From Polyangiales bacterium (lineage in GTDB: Bacteria; Myxococcota_A; Polyangia; Polyangiales; Houyiibacteriaceae), in assembly GCA_045106895.1 (NCBI GenBank), contig JBGCFM010000097.1:12605-76604 (forward strand): a stretch of 64,000 nt of DNA, in the 5' to 3' direction. Below the pieces are notes generated by a model. The model was given only the letters and a program-made list of their open reading frames with translations, ran no database searches and had not been told where the DNA came from. The position numbers were made by a program, and so were the translations under genes. The first letter of the stretch is position 1. The number at the start of each line of letters is the position of its first letter. This document shows, piece after piece, positions 48,854 through 58,832 of this stretch.

Positions 48854-49348
48854 ATGAGCACAGAACGAAAGCTGTTGCGCGCCATCATGCGGATGGAAGC
48901 CGATGCGAAGGAAGTCACGGAAGCGGAGCTGTCCAAGGTCACGAGTGCCGCTGGGATCTCCCCGACGGAGCTACGCGAGCTCTTCGCGAAGCTCTTTCGC
49001 AAGGGCTACGTCACCTCAGACCGGCAGACGACGGCGGCGGGCCGGCGTGTTGCGACACGCCCCCTTGGCCAAGTTCTCCTCCGGCGACAGCCAAGACGTC
49101 AGGTCGAACCCCGAAGTGAGTCACAAACCTTCACACGGTCGACGAAGATCCCGCTGCCCGTTGTCGATGCCAGCGTGATACGCGCCAGCAGAAACACCTC
49201 GGCGCCTGCCGCCAACCCAAACTGGCTTCCACCTGCGATGGTGGACATCCGACAGCTGGGGCCGCCGCGCCCTCATCGCGTTGACGAGGCCGAGGCTTTT
49301 GCCGATGTGCGAGAGAGTGAGCTCGAAGAGCTCAAGCGGGCCTACTAG
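48854..49348 (+). CDS. Putative winged-helix protein with disordered tail
   Basis: VTEAELSK...ISPTELRELFAKLFRKGYV...TTAAGRRVA. Confidence 0.55.
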   Translation: MSTERKLLRAIMRMEADAKEVTEAELSKVTSAAGISPTELRELFAKLFRKGYVTSDRQTTAAGRRVATRPLGQVLLRRQPRRQVEPRSESQTFTRSTKIPLPVVDASVIRASRNTSAPAANPNWLPPAMVDIRQLGPPRPHRVDEAEAFADVRESELEELKRAY

Positions 49349-51228
49349 GCGCGCCGGCGCCGACGCAACACGAAGAGCCCGCCGAAGAGCAGGAGGGCAA
49401 GAGGCGGGCTTCGCCTCGAGTTCGCGACTCCGCAATCGCAGCCCCACTGGAGGTGCTGGATTTCGCCTGGCGTTCCTGCGTCGCTTCCTGGGCCGGCGTC
49501 GAAGCCGGGGCCCGAGTCGAAGCCGGGGCCCGAGTCAAAGCCGGGGCCCGAGTCAAAGCCGGAACCGGCATCGAAACCGGCATCGAAACCGGGGCCCGCG
49601 TCCCGAGGCGGCACCACGATGACATCTTCTCGAGGTCCAGCGTCGCCAACCGGGCCCGCGTCATCACCGAGCCGTGTGAACTCCAAGATGAGCTCGAATT
49701 CACCACCGTTTCGTGGTGAGAAGTTGTCCATGAAGATGAAGTAGCGACCTGGAGCCAGCAACTCATCGAGCAAGCTGTCCGTGCGCACAGGTCCCTCGGC
49801 GTCGTCGTTGCAGGCGATCTCCGCTCGCTGCAGGTTGCAGTTGTTGCTGCGCAGGTGGAGCACCGCGTCCTGGTTGTGCCCACGAGCGACCATGCGCGTC
49901 GGGACGTCCACCTCGAAGGCGTAGACCGTGTCACGGCCGCGGCCACCGCAGGTGCCTTGGGCTGTGTTGGTGGTCGCAAAGACATGCTCGCCGATAAGCG
50001 TCTGGTTCACCGCCTCCACCTCGATGGGCGTCTCGCAACTGTCGCCTGGGGGAAGAGGCACGCAGGCGCCCTCATCGCAGAAGGTCTCTCCGCCGCAGCT
50101 CTCGACGACGCCCTGGCTTCGACCACAACGCGTCTCAAGAACATCGTTTCCGTCGCAGCGCAGCTCCGACGCCGGCTGACAAAGGCCCGCCGCGCAAGCC
50201 GTGCCGGCGGGGCACTCTTCGCCCGTCGCGCACGAAGGTACGCAGGCTCCCTCGTCACAGACGAGGTCGCCGCAGTCCATGTCCGTGCGGCAAGCTTGGC
50301 AAACGCCGGTGCCTTCGCACACGATGGATGAGGTCACGGCGCACAGACCTTCGATGGCGCGCGCCACGTAGGTGCACTCTTCTTCGATGCCAGCGCCCGG
50401 GTTTTCAGGAAGGACACGCACTCGACCGCACCCCTGGCTGTACTCGTAGTCGCCTTCGCCGCGGACGAGGATGCCCACGACTTCGCCGGCGTCATTGAAC
50501 ACGCCGGAGCCGGAGTGACCTCCGAAGGTGTCCACGTTGGCGCCGAACCAATCGCGCGTTCCTGAACGCTCGTTCGTCACCTGGCCGCCGTCGTCGATCT
50601 TGAGTGGCAGTCCGCTTCCAAAGCCCATGACGACGAGGTCCGTTCCATTCGAAAGTACCTGGTCGCCCATTCGCACCGGTGCCGGCCCGTGGTCAGGGTG
50701 CACGACGCGGTCGAGGCGCACTACGGCGTAGTCCAGGCCACCGCCGAGCTGCTGCGTCACGAGCTCCGAACAAGAGTAGACGTCTTCCTCCAAGTCGATG
50801 GATTTTCGGGGCCCGTCATCTTCGTAGTAGTAGTCGAAGATGAAGCTCGTGCGCTCGCAGGCAGCCTGGCTCGTGACGCAGTGCCCCGCGGTGAGAACCA
50901 GATCGAGGTCGATGAGCGTTCCTGAACAGTCGGCGACGGCGGGCTGGTCCAGGAAACGTTCGCTGGTGCAGAGCCTCCGCGCCTGCTGGAGGTTTTGTCC
51001 TCGAAATCGCACGTCACTCGGGTTGGACACGTCGAGGATATTGGTGCCCATGAGCGCCACGATGGAACGCGCCGCGAGCTCTCGCAGCTCTAGGTCCGGG
51101 TGCTGGTACACCTCCACGCGGTCGTCATTGCCGTAGACAACAAAGTCGTCACGAGACCCGACCTCTTCTTTGGCCGCAACGCAGCCGAGAGCCAGGGAGA
51201 GCGTGGAGAAAACAAGCAGCAATCGCAT
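49345..51228 (-). CDS. Trypsin-like serine protease with Cys-rich/PPC-like domains and MYXO-CTERM tail
   Basis: TAGHC, DYAVV, DTFGGHSGS; GCDCGV...TM...RRRRR. Confidence 0.9.
   Translation of the reverse strand: MRLLLVFSTLSLALGCVAAKEEVGSRDDFVVYGNDDRVEVYQHPDLELRELAARSIVALMGTNILDVSNPSDVRFRGQNLQQARRLCTSERFLDQPAVADCSGTLIDLDLVLTAGHCVTSQAACERTSFIFDYYYEDDGPRKSIDLEEDVYSCSELVTQQLGGGLDYAVVRLDRVVHPDHGPAPVRMGDQVLSNGTDLVVMGFGSGLPLKIDDGGQVTNERSGTRDWFGANVDTFGGHSGSGVFNDAGEVVGILVRGEGDYEYSQGCGRVRVLPENPGAGIEEECTYVARAIEGLCAVTSSIVCEGTGVCQACRTDMDCGDLVCDEGACVPSCATGEECPAGTACAAGLCQPASELRCDGNDVLETRCGRSQGVVESCGGETFCDEGACVPLPPGDSCETPIEVEAVNQTLIGEHVFATTNTAQGTCGGRGRDTVYAFEVDVPTRMVARGHNQDAVLHLRSNNCNLQRAEIACNDDAEGPVRTDSLLDELLAPGRYFIFMDNFSPRNGGEFELILEFTRLGDDAGPVGDAGPREDVIVVPPRDAGPGFDAGFDAGSGFDSGPGFDSGPGFDSGPGFDAGPGSDAGTPGEIQHLQWGCDCGVANSRRSPPLALLLFGGLFVLRRRRRA
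49498..49602 (-). repeat. 18-bp coding tandem repeat (GFDSGP)
   Basis: gtcgaagccggggcccga units. Confidence 0.85.
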
Positions 51229-51338
51229 AGGGGCGGGAGTCTAGTGTCGATCGATGGGCGCGGCCAGATCCCGGAGCGTCGAGAGACGTGGCGACGTGAA
51301 ACAAGACGCGGCGATGAAACCCCTGATAACGTCGCCTC

Positions 51339-53066
51339 GTGGGCTTCTCACGCATTCTCCCGATCGTACGCTGGCTGCCCAGCTACGAGCGCGCGAAGCT
51401 AAAGAAAGACCTCCCCGCGGGCCTCACCACCGCGGTCCTCCTGATTCCCCAAGGCATGGCCTACGCCATGCTCGCCGGCTTGCCGCCCATCACAGGGCTC
51501 TACGCGGCGGTGGTTCCTCTCTTCATTTACGCGCTTCTTGGCACCTCAAGGCAACTCGCCATCGGGCCCGTCGCCGCAGATAGCCTCCTCGTTGGCGTCG
51601 CGGTCATGGCGATGGCGGAGCAAGGCACAGACGAGTACGCAGGACTCGTCCTCGTTCTGTGTGCGCTCGTTGGAGCGATTCAGTTCGCGCTGGGTCTGCT
51701 TCGTGCTGGGCGCCTCGTCAGCTTCCTCAGCCAACCCGTGATCACAGGCTTCATGTCCGCGGCGGCCCTCGTGATCTTTGCGTCGCAGGCCAAGTACCTC
51801 CTCGGCGCGCCGATCCCTTCGACGCCGCGGCTTCATGAGTGGGCTGGCGGCGCCGCTGCGCACATCGCGAGCACTCACGCCCTGACCCTCGGCATCGGCA
51901 TCGGTGCATCTCTTGTGCTCGTCGTGCTGCGAAAACGAAAGTCGCGGATCCCCGGCGCCCTTGCCGTCGTTGTCGTGGGCACACTCCTCTCATGGGCCTT
52001 GGGCTTCGAGGCGATGGGCGTTGCTGTGGTGGGAACGGTCCCCGCCGGGCTCCCGGCCTTCGCGCTCCCCGCCGTGAACTCGCCCTCGGTCCTCGCGCTG
52101 CTGCCCGCTGCGTTTGGCATCGCCCTCGTCGGCTACATGGAAGCCATTGGCGTCGGAAAAGAGTTCGCCCGCAAAGGACGCTACGCCATCGACGCCGGAC
52201 AAGAGCTCTTCGCCCTCGGCACCTGCAATATGGTCGGCTCCTGTTTCGGTGGATACCCCGTCACGGCGGGCCTCAGTCGCTCCGCCGTGCATGCAGAGTC
52301 CGGTGCGACGACGCAGATGGCCGGTGTGGTCACCGGCATCGCCCTTTGCCTCTCGCTGCTCTTCTTGACGCCGCTCTTCTATCACCTGCCTTTGACAGTC
52401 CTCGCCGCCATTGTGATGACCGCCGTCGTGCGCCTCATCGATGTCAAAGGGCTTCGACGTCTGTGGCGAGTGCGCAAGAGCGACGCGCTTCTTTTTCTCT
52501 TCACCTTCACCGTCACTTGCTTCGTAGGCATGCAGAGCGGAATCGCGGCGGGCGTCGTCGCGTCCCTCGTGCTCTTTGTGCAGCGAACCACGCAGCCTCA
52601 CCACGCCGTCCTCGGCCGACTGCAAGGTACGCAGAACTACCGCAACCTGCGCTACTTCCCCGACGCTATCGTCACGCCCGGCGTCGCGATCTGGCGCTTT
52701 GACGCGAGCTTCTACTTTGCCAACGCCGACTTCTTCCGTGACCAGGTCGACGCGCTTCTCGCGAGCGGTACTGGCGAAGAGGTATGCGCACTTGTTCTAG
52801 ACGCCAGCGGCATCAACGACCTCGATGCCTCCGGCGAAGCCATGCTCCAGGGCATCGTCAAACGTTTCGAAGACACGGGGATCATCCTGCGTATGGCCAA
52901 CGTCAAAGGCCCCGTGCGACACGTGATGGCCCTCGGCGGACTCCGCGACGCCATCGGCGAGGACAACTTCTTCTTCAGCGTGCACGAAGCCGTCCTCGCA
53001 ACGGAGCGCTGCCTCGCCGAGAGCAGCGAAAACACGAAGTCTTCGAGCGAGGCCGAAGATGTCTAA
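51339..53066 (+). CDS. sulP: SulP family anion permease with STAS domain
   Basis: DLPAGLT..IPQGMAYA.LAGLPPITGLY, GLSRS, YFANA, INDLDASG. Confidence 0.95.
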   Translation: MGFSRILPIVRWLPSYERAKLKKDLPAGLTTAVLLIPQGMAYAMLAGLPPITGLYAAVVPLFIYALLGTSRQLAIGPVAADSLLVGVAVMAMAEQGTDEYAGLVLVLCALVGAIQFALGLLRAGRLVSFLSQPVITGFMSAAALVIFASQAKYLLGAPIPSTPRLHEWAGGAAAHIASTHALTLGIGIGASLVLVVLRKRKSRIPGALAVVVVGTLLSWALGFEAMGVAVVGTVPAGLPAFALPAVNSPSVLALLPAAFGIALVGYMEAIGVGKEFARKGRYAIDAGQELFALGTCNMVGSCFGGYPVTAGLSRSAVHAESGATTQMAGVVTGIALCLSLLFLTPLFYHLPLTVLAAIVMTAVVRLIDVKGLRRLWRVRKSDALLFLFTFTVTCFVGMQSGIAAGVVASLVLFVQRTTQPHHAVLGRLQGTQNYRNLRYFPDAIVTPGVAIWRFDASFYFANADFFRDQVDALLASGTGEEVCALVLDASGINDLDASGEAMLQGIVKRFEDTGIILRMANVKGPVRHVMALGGLRDAIGEDNFFFSVHEAVLATERCLAESSENTKSSSEAEDV

Positions 53067-53745
53067 ACGAGATCACGGTTTGCGCTGGAAACGCACAGAG
53101 TACCTGCAGCCCGGCTCTCTGACGGAGCGCTTCTCCTTGCCGGCGGTGCTCATCCTGGTGTTCGCCGCCGCGGCGACCATCACCCTGGACCTCGGGCCTG
53201 TCATCTCGTCGGCCCTTGCCTCCCTCGCCGCAATCGTCGTCTGCATTGCGGGCTTCGAGTATCTCTTTCCGGGGAAGCTCATCCCTCAAAAGCCTGCGTG
53301 CGCGCTAGGCGCCGACGGTATTCAGTTTCCGGACGGCCGCTTTGTCCCATGGACGCTAGTTCGCTACGTCGAACCCGAGCAGCTCCCTTCGCCGACACAA
53401 AAGACCTCCGGCGACGTCATCGTCATCGGTATCAGCAGCCACACAACGCGTGTTCGCGTCATGGATCCTATGGCGTTTGTGCGTGACGCCTCCGAGCGCC
53501 GAGCGTTTCACAAGAACTTGCAGAATGAAGAGCTGCGCGAGGAGTTTAAGAGCGAAGCTCATGTCGGATACCGCGCGGGTATCAAGCGGCCCAGTGACAA
53601 CTTGGTGCGTGTCGCCCTCGACGTGCGCGAAGAGCACGAGAGCCGCCTAGAAGCATATGCACGACTCGACTCCGTCGAACGTGAGACGCTCTTCGAGAGC
53701 CTCGCCGACGAAGCGTTCCGCGAAGACCTCGAAGACATCCGCTAG
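53059..53745 (+). CDS. Hypothetical two-TM protein
   Basis: Overlaps sulP stop; two TMs then soluble domain. Confidence 0.6.
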   Translation: MSKRDHGLRWKRTEYLQPGSLTERFSLPAVLILVFAAAATITLDLGPVISSALASLAAIVVCIAGFEYLFPGKLIPQKPACALGADGIQFPDGRFVPWTLVRYVEPEQLPSPTQKTSGDVIVIGISSHTTRVRVMDPMAFVRDASERRAFHKNLQNEELREEFKSEAHVGYRAGIKRPSDNLVRVALDVREEHESRLEAYARLDSVERETLFESLADEAFREDLEDIR

Positions 53746-53907
53746 ATCTCCCTAACGCTGGGTAGATGGCGACAAGGGCTCGAAATAGGCTCACCTTCGC
53801 TGCGCTCGCGACTCACATTTGTGGTACGAGCCGGCCATGAGACACGTACGTGCATTGCCCGTGCTCGTTCGCGACGTGCGCGGCTTTCGACTTCAGCGGG
53901 AAACGCC

Positions 53908-55257
53908 ATGAGGCGAATCACCCTCGTGTTCTTCGCGCTGTGTAGCTGCGCGCCCCAAACTCGTACCGCCCCCGAATGGCCGACGGCACGGCCCGTGCGC
54001 GCGCAGCCGGTTCAAGCGCCCCTGCCCGAACCTACGATCTCCGCCGAGGGCGCCACCCCACCCCGTTTTCCAAACGTCGGCGAACGTCGCCTGCCAGGTG
54101 CCAAACTATGGCTCGTCGAGAGACCTACGACGAACCAAGTGAGAGTCCGCGTGGTCACTCGACGTGGCAACGATGGGGCCTACACCGAAGACAACCTCGG
54201 GGCGATGCTCTTGACCGTGCGAGAGATGCTGAGGGATCGCCTCCCAGGATACGAGGTCAACCTAGCGTTCAACGCTCATCTCATGGCCCTCGAGGTCGTG
54301 GTGCGCTCCGTGGACTCCCCCTCTGCACTCTTCGCCATCAACGATGTGCTCGATGGTCCTATCAACGAGGACTTCGCCCGCCGCTTCCTCGCTCGCTCCG
54401 ACCACTCTCTGCAGCCCCCTGATCACCTACGCCAGCATCTCTACAGCGTATCTAGCGAACCCCTCTCGTTTCGCACCGTCGAGGCGCTGACACGTTGCCG
54501 GAACGAGCGCTTCGCGAGCTCGGATCGTCTCGTCACCGTCGTCGGGGACTTCGATACACATGAGATCGTCACCGCCGCAAACGAGGCCTTCGAGTCGGCG
54601 CATGAGCTCCCTCGCGCCGATGCTGGGGAGCTCAACCTCATTCGAGTCGAGCGCGTGTCCGTGGCCCGCCCGGGTGGGTCCTTTGCCGCCTCCCTGACGC
54701 TTGGCGCGCCCGCGCCCTCCCATCCTCACTTCGACGTCTTCAACCTAATTCTCTCCCTTGCCGAGGAGCCTTTGCCGGTTCTTCCCTCCGACAACCTCGC
54801 TGGCCCCGCTCCCGAGGTGAGCGCCGTTTTCGACCACCAGCGGCCCGGCGCCGTCACGTTCTTGTCAACGGGCGGTGACACACGAGACGCCGAGGCGATC
54901 CTCGAGGGTCTGTTCCGATACTACCGGCAACTCATTACGCGCGCCTTCAGCCCGCGCGCCCTCGACTACGCTCGACGTCTTGAGTGGGCGAAGACGCAAG
55001 CGAGCTTCGATCACGACCCGACGAACACCCTCGCCTTCGCTTTCAGCCGTCGCCTCATCCCGTCGCAGCTTGAAGCTCGCTACCAAGCTTTCGAGGAACT
55101 CACGCCCGAGACCCTTCTCGAGATGACGCGCTACTACTTTGCGCCGGGCCGAATCTTGCTCTCCGTCCAGGCTCCCACGCGGGTGCTGCAGCGCTTCATC
55201 GTCGTCCGAAACGGGAACGGCTTTCGACTCCGCGTGGACCCACCGGTCCAATACTGA
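53908..55257 (+). CDS. M16 (insulinase)-like lipoprotein without catalytic motif
   Basis: LWLVERP, VTVVGDFD, LGAPAPSHP.F, LTPETLL...YF; no HxxEH. Confidence 0.65.
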   Translation: MRRITLVFFALCSCAPQTRTAPEWPTARPVRAQPVQAPLPEPTISAEGATPPRFPNVGERRLPGAKLWLVERPTTNQVRVRVVTRRGNDGAYTEDNLGAMLLTVREMLRDRLPGYEVNLAFNAHLMALEVVVRSVDSPSALFAINDVLDGPINEDFARRFLARSDHSLQPPDHLRQHLYSVSSEPLSFRTVEALTRCRNERFASSDRLVTVVGDFDTHEIVTAANEAFESAHELPRADAGELNLIRVERVSVARPGGSFAASLTLGAPAPSHPHFDVFNLILSLAEEPLPVLPSDNLAGPAPEVSAVFDHQRPGAVTFLSTGGDTRDAEAILEGLFRYYRQLITRAFSPRALDYARRLEWAKTQASFDHDPTNTLAFAFSRRLIPSQLEARYQAFEELTPETLLEMTRYYFAPGRILLSVQAPTRVLQRFIVVRNGNGFRLRVDPPVQY

Positions 55258-55429
55258 GCGCTCAAGGAAGAGAATCGGGCGCAGGCCATCTAGCGATGCA
55301 GTACTGGCATGTGGCTCGTCGTCCTAGGAGTGCTCCTATTGCATAGACGCAGAGCCGCCCGGTGAGCATAAGAGCCTGCGGCGACCCTGCGACTAGACCT
55401 GCGAGACGTCAAGCCATAGGCTCGCGGCC

Positions 55430-56719
55430 ATGAGTCTGTCTGTTCAAACATGTCCCCAATGCGGCGCCGCCGCCCCGAACGCCGTGGTCGGACAGCCACA
55501 TACGTGCGTGTACTGTGGTTCCGTCGCCGTGGTGAAGGCGACGGGGAGTCAGCCGGCCCATCCGCAAACAATGATGCATGTCCCGACCCACCAAGCAGGG
55601 GGCTCGAAGCTGGCGTTCGTCCTCGGCGGCGTTGCTGCGCTTCTATTCGTCGCCGCCGGGATTGGCACCGCGCTGATGAACTCTGGCGAGTCCAGCGGGC
55701 CAAGCGCGACGAGCCTCACTCCGCCCCCAGCCCCGGCGCTACGTCACCTTGGAACCAACCCAGATCCCATCTTCGAGGACCTCGACGGCGATGGCTCCCT
55801 CGACCTCCTCGCCTACGTGGAACACGTGGAAGGCGTCAACCACACCCATCGGCTCGTAGGCTACGACGGCGCCACCGGCGCTCTTCGCTTGGAAACAAGG
55901 CCCATCTCGCTCGGTCGCTATCCGCTGATCACACGCGTTGGCATGCATGTGCTGATCGCGGGGGACCGTGGTCAGCTCGTCGCCTACGATCTTGGCTCGG
56001 GGGATGAACAGTGGACCGCGACGCTGACCGAAGAACCTGAAGCATTTTGCGAGAACGCCGCCGAAGGCGCTGTTCTTCTTTTGACCGCCGATGAGCGCAC
56101 CATCTCCATCGACCTCGCTACTCAAGTGCAGACAGTCGGCCCAGCGACATGCGTCCACGCTGCGGAGCACCCCGACCCCGAAGACCGCCGAGATTGGGAC
56201 GCTCCCTTCGGCGTTGATTCGTACAAGTGCGGCACGACGCGACTCATCGGATCCCGTGGAGACATGGTCCTGCCCGACGCCTGCGCAGAATACGTAGACG
56301 CGAGCCTCATTGAAGACATGCGCTTGGCCCGCATCTGGCAAGTCGAGAGCGAATGGCTCCTCTTGGGCAGCATGATGGAGGGCAGGCCACTGCCCATGGT
56401 GGGCGTGTTCGCGAATGGCGCGGTGCGCTGGCACTCGGAGGTGCAAGAGACGCACATCGGTGCAGGCATGGGACTACCTCGACACCCCACGCTCATGGGT
56501 GACTCGGTGGTCGTTGGGTATGTGACAGACCGCGTACACATGCTCAGCGCCTTCGCCCTCGAAGACGGAGCCCGACGCTGGACCCGCGCCCTGGACGACG
56601 ATCTCAATGGGATGGCTGGAGGCGCCCAGCAGCTTTTTGCCCACGTCGGGAGCCGAGTGCTCGCGCTCGACCCAGCCAGCGGCGAGACGCGTCTCACCTT
56701 CGGTGATGCGCGCCCCTAA
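55430..56719 (+). CDS. Zn-ribbon + TM + PQQ-like beta-propeller protein
   Basis: CPQCGA...CVYCGS, TM, AYDLGSGDEQW, AFALEDGARRW. Confidence 0.75.
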   Translation: MSLSVQTCPQCGAAAPNAVVGQPHTCVYCGSVAVVKATGSQPAHPQTMMHVPTHQAGGSKLAFVLGGVAALLFVAAGIGTALMNSGESSGPSATSLTPPPAPALRHLGTNPDPIFEDLDGDGSLDLLAYVEHVEGVNHTHRLVGYDGATGALRLETRPISLGRYPLITRVGMHVLIAGDRGQLVAYDLGSGDEQWTATLTEEPEAFCENAAEGAVLLLTADERTISIDLATQVQTVGPATCVHAAEHPDPEDRRDWDAPFGVDSYKCGTTRLIGSRGDMVLPDACAEYVDASLIEDMRLARIWQVESEWLLLGSMMEGRPLPMVGVFANGAVRWHSEVQETHIGAGMGLPRHPTLMGDSVVVGYVTDRVHMLSAFALEDGARRWTRALDDDLNGMAGGAQQLFAHVGSRVLALDPASGETRLTFGDARP

Positions 56720-58789
56720 CTACTGAATCGGCGGCAAGCAGACCCGCTGCGTGCAGGCGAGCCCATCGCAGCAGTCATCGTCCGTCGAACAGGTCTCGTC
56801 TGTCTGGCGGCATCGCTCCGGTGGCGGCGGCGAGCACACCAGCACGCCGTCGTCGTCGGGACGGCAGTCGCCGCCGCAGCACTCCGAGCCCACGGAACAC
56901 GAGTCCCCGTCGTCACGGCACGGACGCGGCGCCCAGTACGCCGAGATGTTCCGTGTTGTCGTGCGCTGTCCTGCGATCCAATAAGGCACCGAGCTGGGGT
57001 CGACGCCGCCGTCGGCATCCATACGAATCGCCGTGACCCAGATCTGCTGAAGGCCCGCGCCGCGAGTGCCGACCACTTCGTTTCCGTAGTCGCGCCGCGT
57101 GAGAAACGAGAGCCAGAAATAGCCGCCACCTTCAAAGGGCGAGAAGCGTGGCTGGAAGCTCGTCGTGTCGTCTCCGTTGGCCGCATCGAGGCGAACCACG
57201 TCACTGCCATCGCGACCCATGATGTAGAGCGCCGCTTGCTGGTCTTCGCTTCGTGTCCCGGTGCCGTGACTGAAGGCGATGCGTGAGGAGTCCGGCGTCC
57301 AGGTTGGGTAACTATCCGCGATACCGCCCGGCGAGCTGCCGCTCAAGTCCGCCCCCGGGTGGATGACGCGGTTTTCACCCACAGCGTCCGGCCCGGTCAT
57401 GTCCATCGTGCCAATGGAGCCTTGGACAAAGGTGCCGCCCCATGCGTTCACGTCTGTCACATACGCGATCTGTGTTCCGTCCGGCGACCACGCGGGGTGC
57501 GTGATGTTCGTGGGGAGCGTTCCTGTCACGGGAACCGCCGCGCCGCTGAAGGGGTCCATGAAGCCCATCGATCGCACGGCGCCTTCGGACTGCGAGATAA
57601 CCATGCGGGAGTCATCCGGCGACCAGGAGCTGAACCACCAGCGCGCAGAGGTCGGCTCTGCGCGAACCAGTGGGTACTCCGTCGGAGGTGTCGCCCCGGT
57701 GAGGTCCTCCGTCAGGTCGAAGATCGCACCGATGTTCTCGCCGCCGCCGAGCCTCCCCGCCATGTAGCGCCCGCTGTTCGACACCGTGTGACAGCCCACG
57801 CATTGTTCGCCCCGCATCGCGAGGGGCGGCGTGGGCATGAAGCTCTCCGCCGTGGCCGTGCCGTCATCGATGCGCAAGATCTGACCCGCGGCGATGTCCC
57901 AGTAGTACACCGAACCCGTCACCGCCGCCGAAGCGAAGTGCACGCTGCGCGCCACGCCCATCACCGCGTCGGTCCCGTCGAAACGGTCCACACGAATCGT
58001 CGCGTCCTCTCCGGGGCTCGTCCGAGCAAGTACGCTCCATGCGCCGGAGTCCGCAAGCCAGTGCCGATCCGGCGAGCTCACGTAAGCCACGAAATCGAAG
58101 TACGCCTTGCTCATCGTCACGCGGTAGACGTCCGTGGCGGCACCTCGGAGCCACTGCAGGTCCGCGGGGTACACGTTCTGGGGCATCACCGCGCCATCGA
58201 GGGGATAGACGAGCTCCGCACGTCGTGCCTCGTCTTCCACCGGCGCCTCGAATCGGTCCGCAATATCGTCCGCGACACCTTCGCCGATCAAGGTCTGCGT
58301 CAGACGGACCGTGATGATCGCCTCCGCCATGCCTTCCACGCGCCCGGGCGCCGTCGCCCGCAACATCACCGTTCCACCCGCGGCACCGCTCGCGACAAAC
58401 TGACCGCTCGCGACGTCCACTTGGCCGATGGCGAGGGAGTCGAGTTCGAACAAACCACCAGCCAGCTCTGCCTCGCTCCCGTCTTCGAAGATCCCGATGA
58501 GCGTAAAGTCCGCGCTCGGCATCTCGCCTGGCGCGGCGTTCAGCTCGGCCATCTCTGGCTCGATGCGAAGCGACGTCAGCGTGGTGGGACGTGAATCGAC
58601 GAAGGGCGCGTCCATCGCAGCGTCGCTCGCAGCGTCCCGGCGCGGCCCCGAATCCACCGAGGGCTGGCACGTGCCGTCAAGACAGATCTCACCCGGGCAG
58701 TCCAAATCCGACCCGCACGGACGCTCGACGGGGTCGTCCGTAGAACAAGCGAAGACGAGGGCGAGCAAAGCAAGTCGGGAGGTGCGCAT
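56720..58789 (-). CDS. TolB-like (PD40) beta-propeller lipoprotein with CxxCH motif
   Basis: VFAC lipobox, LVYPLDG, CVGCH, WSPDD/WSPDG/WTPDS/FSP repeats, Cys-rich tail. Confidence 0.82.
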   Translation of the reverse strand: MRTSRLALLALVFACSTDDPVERPCGSDLDCPGEICLDGTCQPSVDSGPRRDAASDAAMDAPFVDSRPTTLTSLRIEPEMAELNAAPGEMPSADFTLIGIFEDGSEAELAGGLFELDSLAIGQVDVASGQFVASGAAGGTVMLRATAPGRVEGMAEAIITVRLTQTLIGEGVADDIADRFEAPVEDEARRAELVYPLDGAVMPQNVYPADLQWLRGAATDVYRVTMSKAYFDFVAYVSSPDRHWLADSGAWSVLARTSPGEDATIRVDRFDGTDAVMGVARSVHFASAAVTGSVYYWDIAAGQILRIDDGTATAESFMPTPPLAMRGEQCVGCHTVSNSGRYMAGRLGGGENIGAIFDLTEDLTGATPPTEYPLVRAEPTSARWWFSSWSPDDSRMVISQSEGAVRSMGFMDPFSGAAVPVTGTLPTNITHPAWSPDGTQIAYVTDVNAWGGTFVQGSIGTMDMTGPDAVGENRVIHPGADLSGSSPGGIADSYPTWTPDSSRIAFSHGTGTRSEDQQAALYIMGRDGSDVVRLDAANGDDTTSFQPRFSPFEGGGYFWLSFLTRRDYGNEVVGTRGAGLQQIWVTAIRMDADGGVDPSSVPYWIAGQRTTTRNISAYWAPRPCRDDGDSCSVGSECCGGDCRPDDDGVLVCSPPPPERCRQTDETCSTDDDCCDGLACTQRVCLPPIQ

Positions 58790-58832
58790 GCGGAAGTCTA
58801 CCTTACGCCGGCCGCCCATGGCGAATGAGAGC

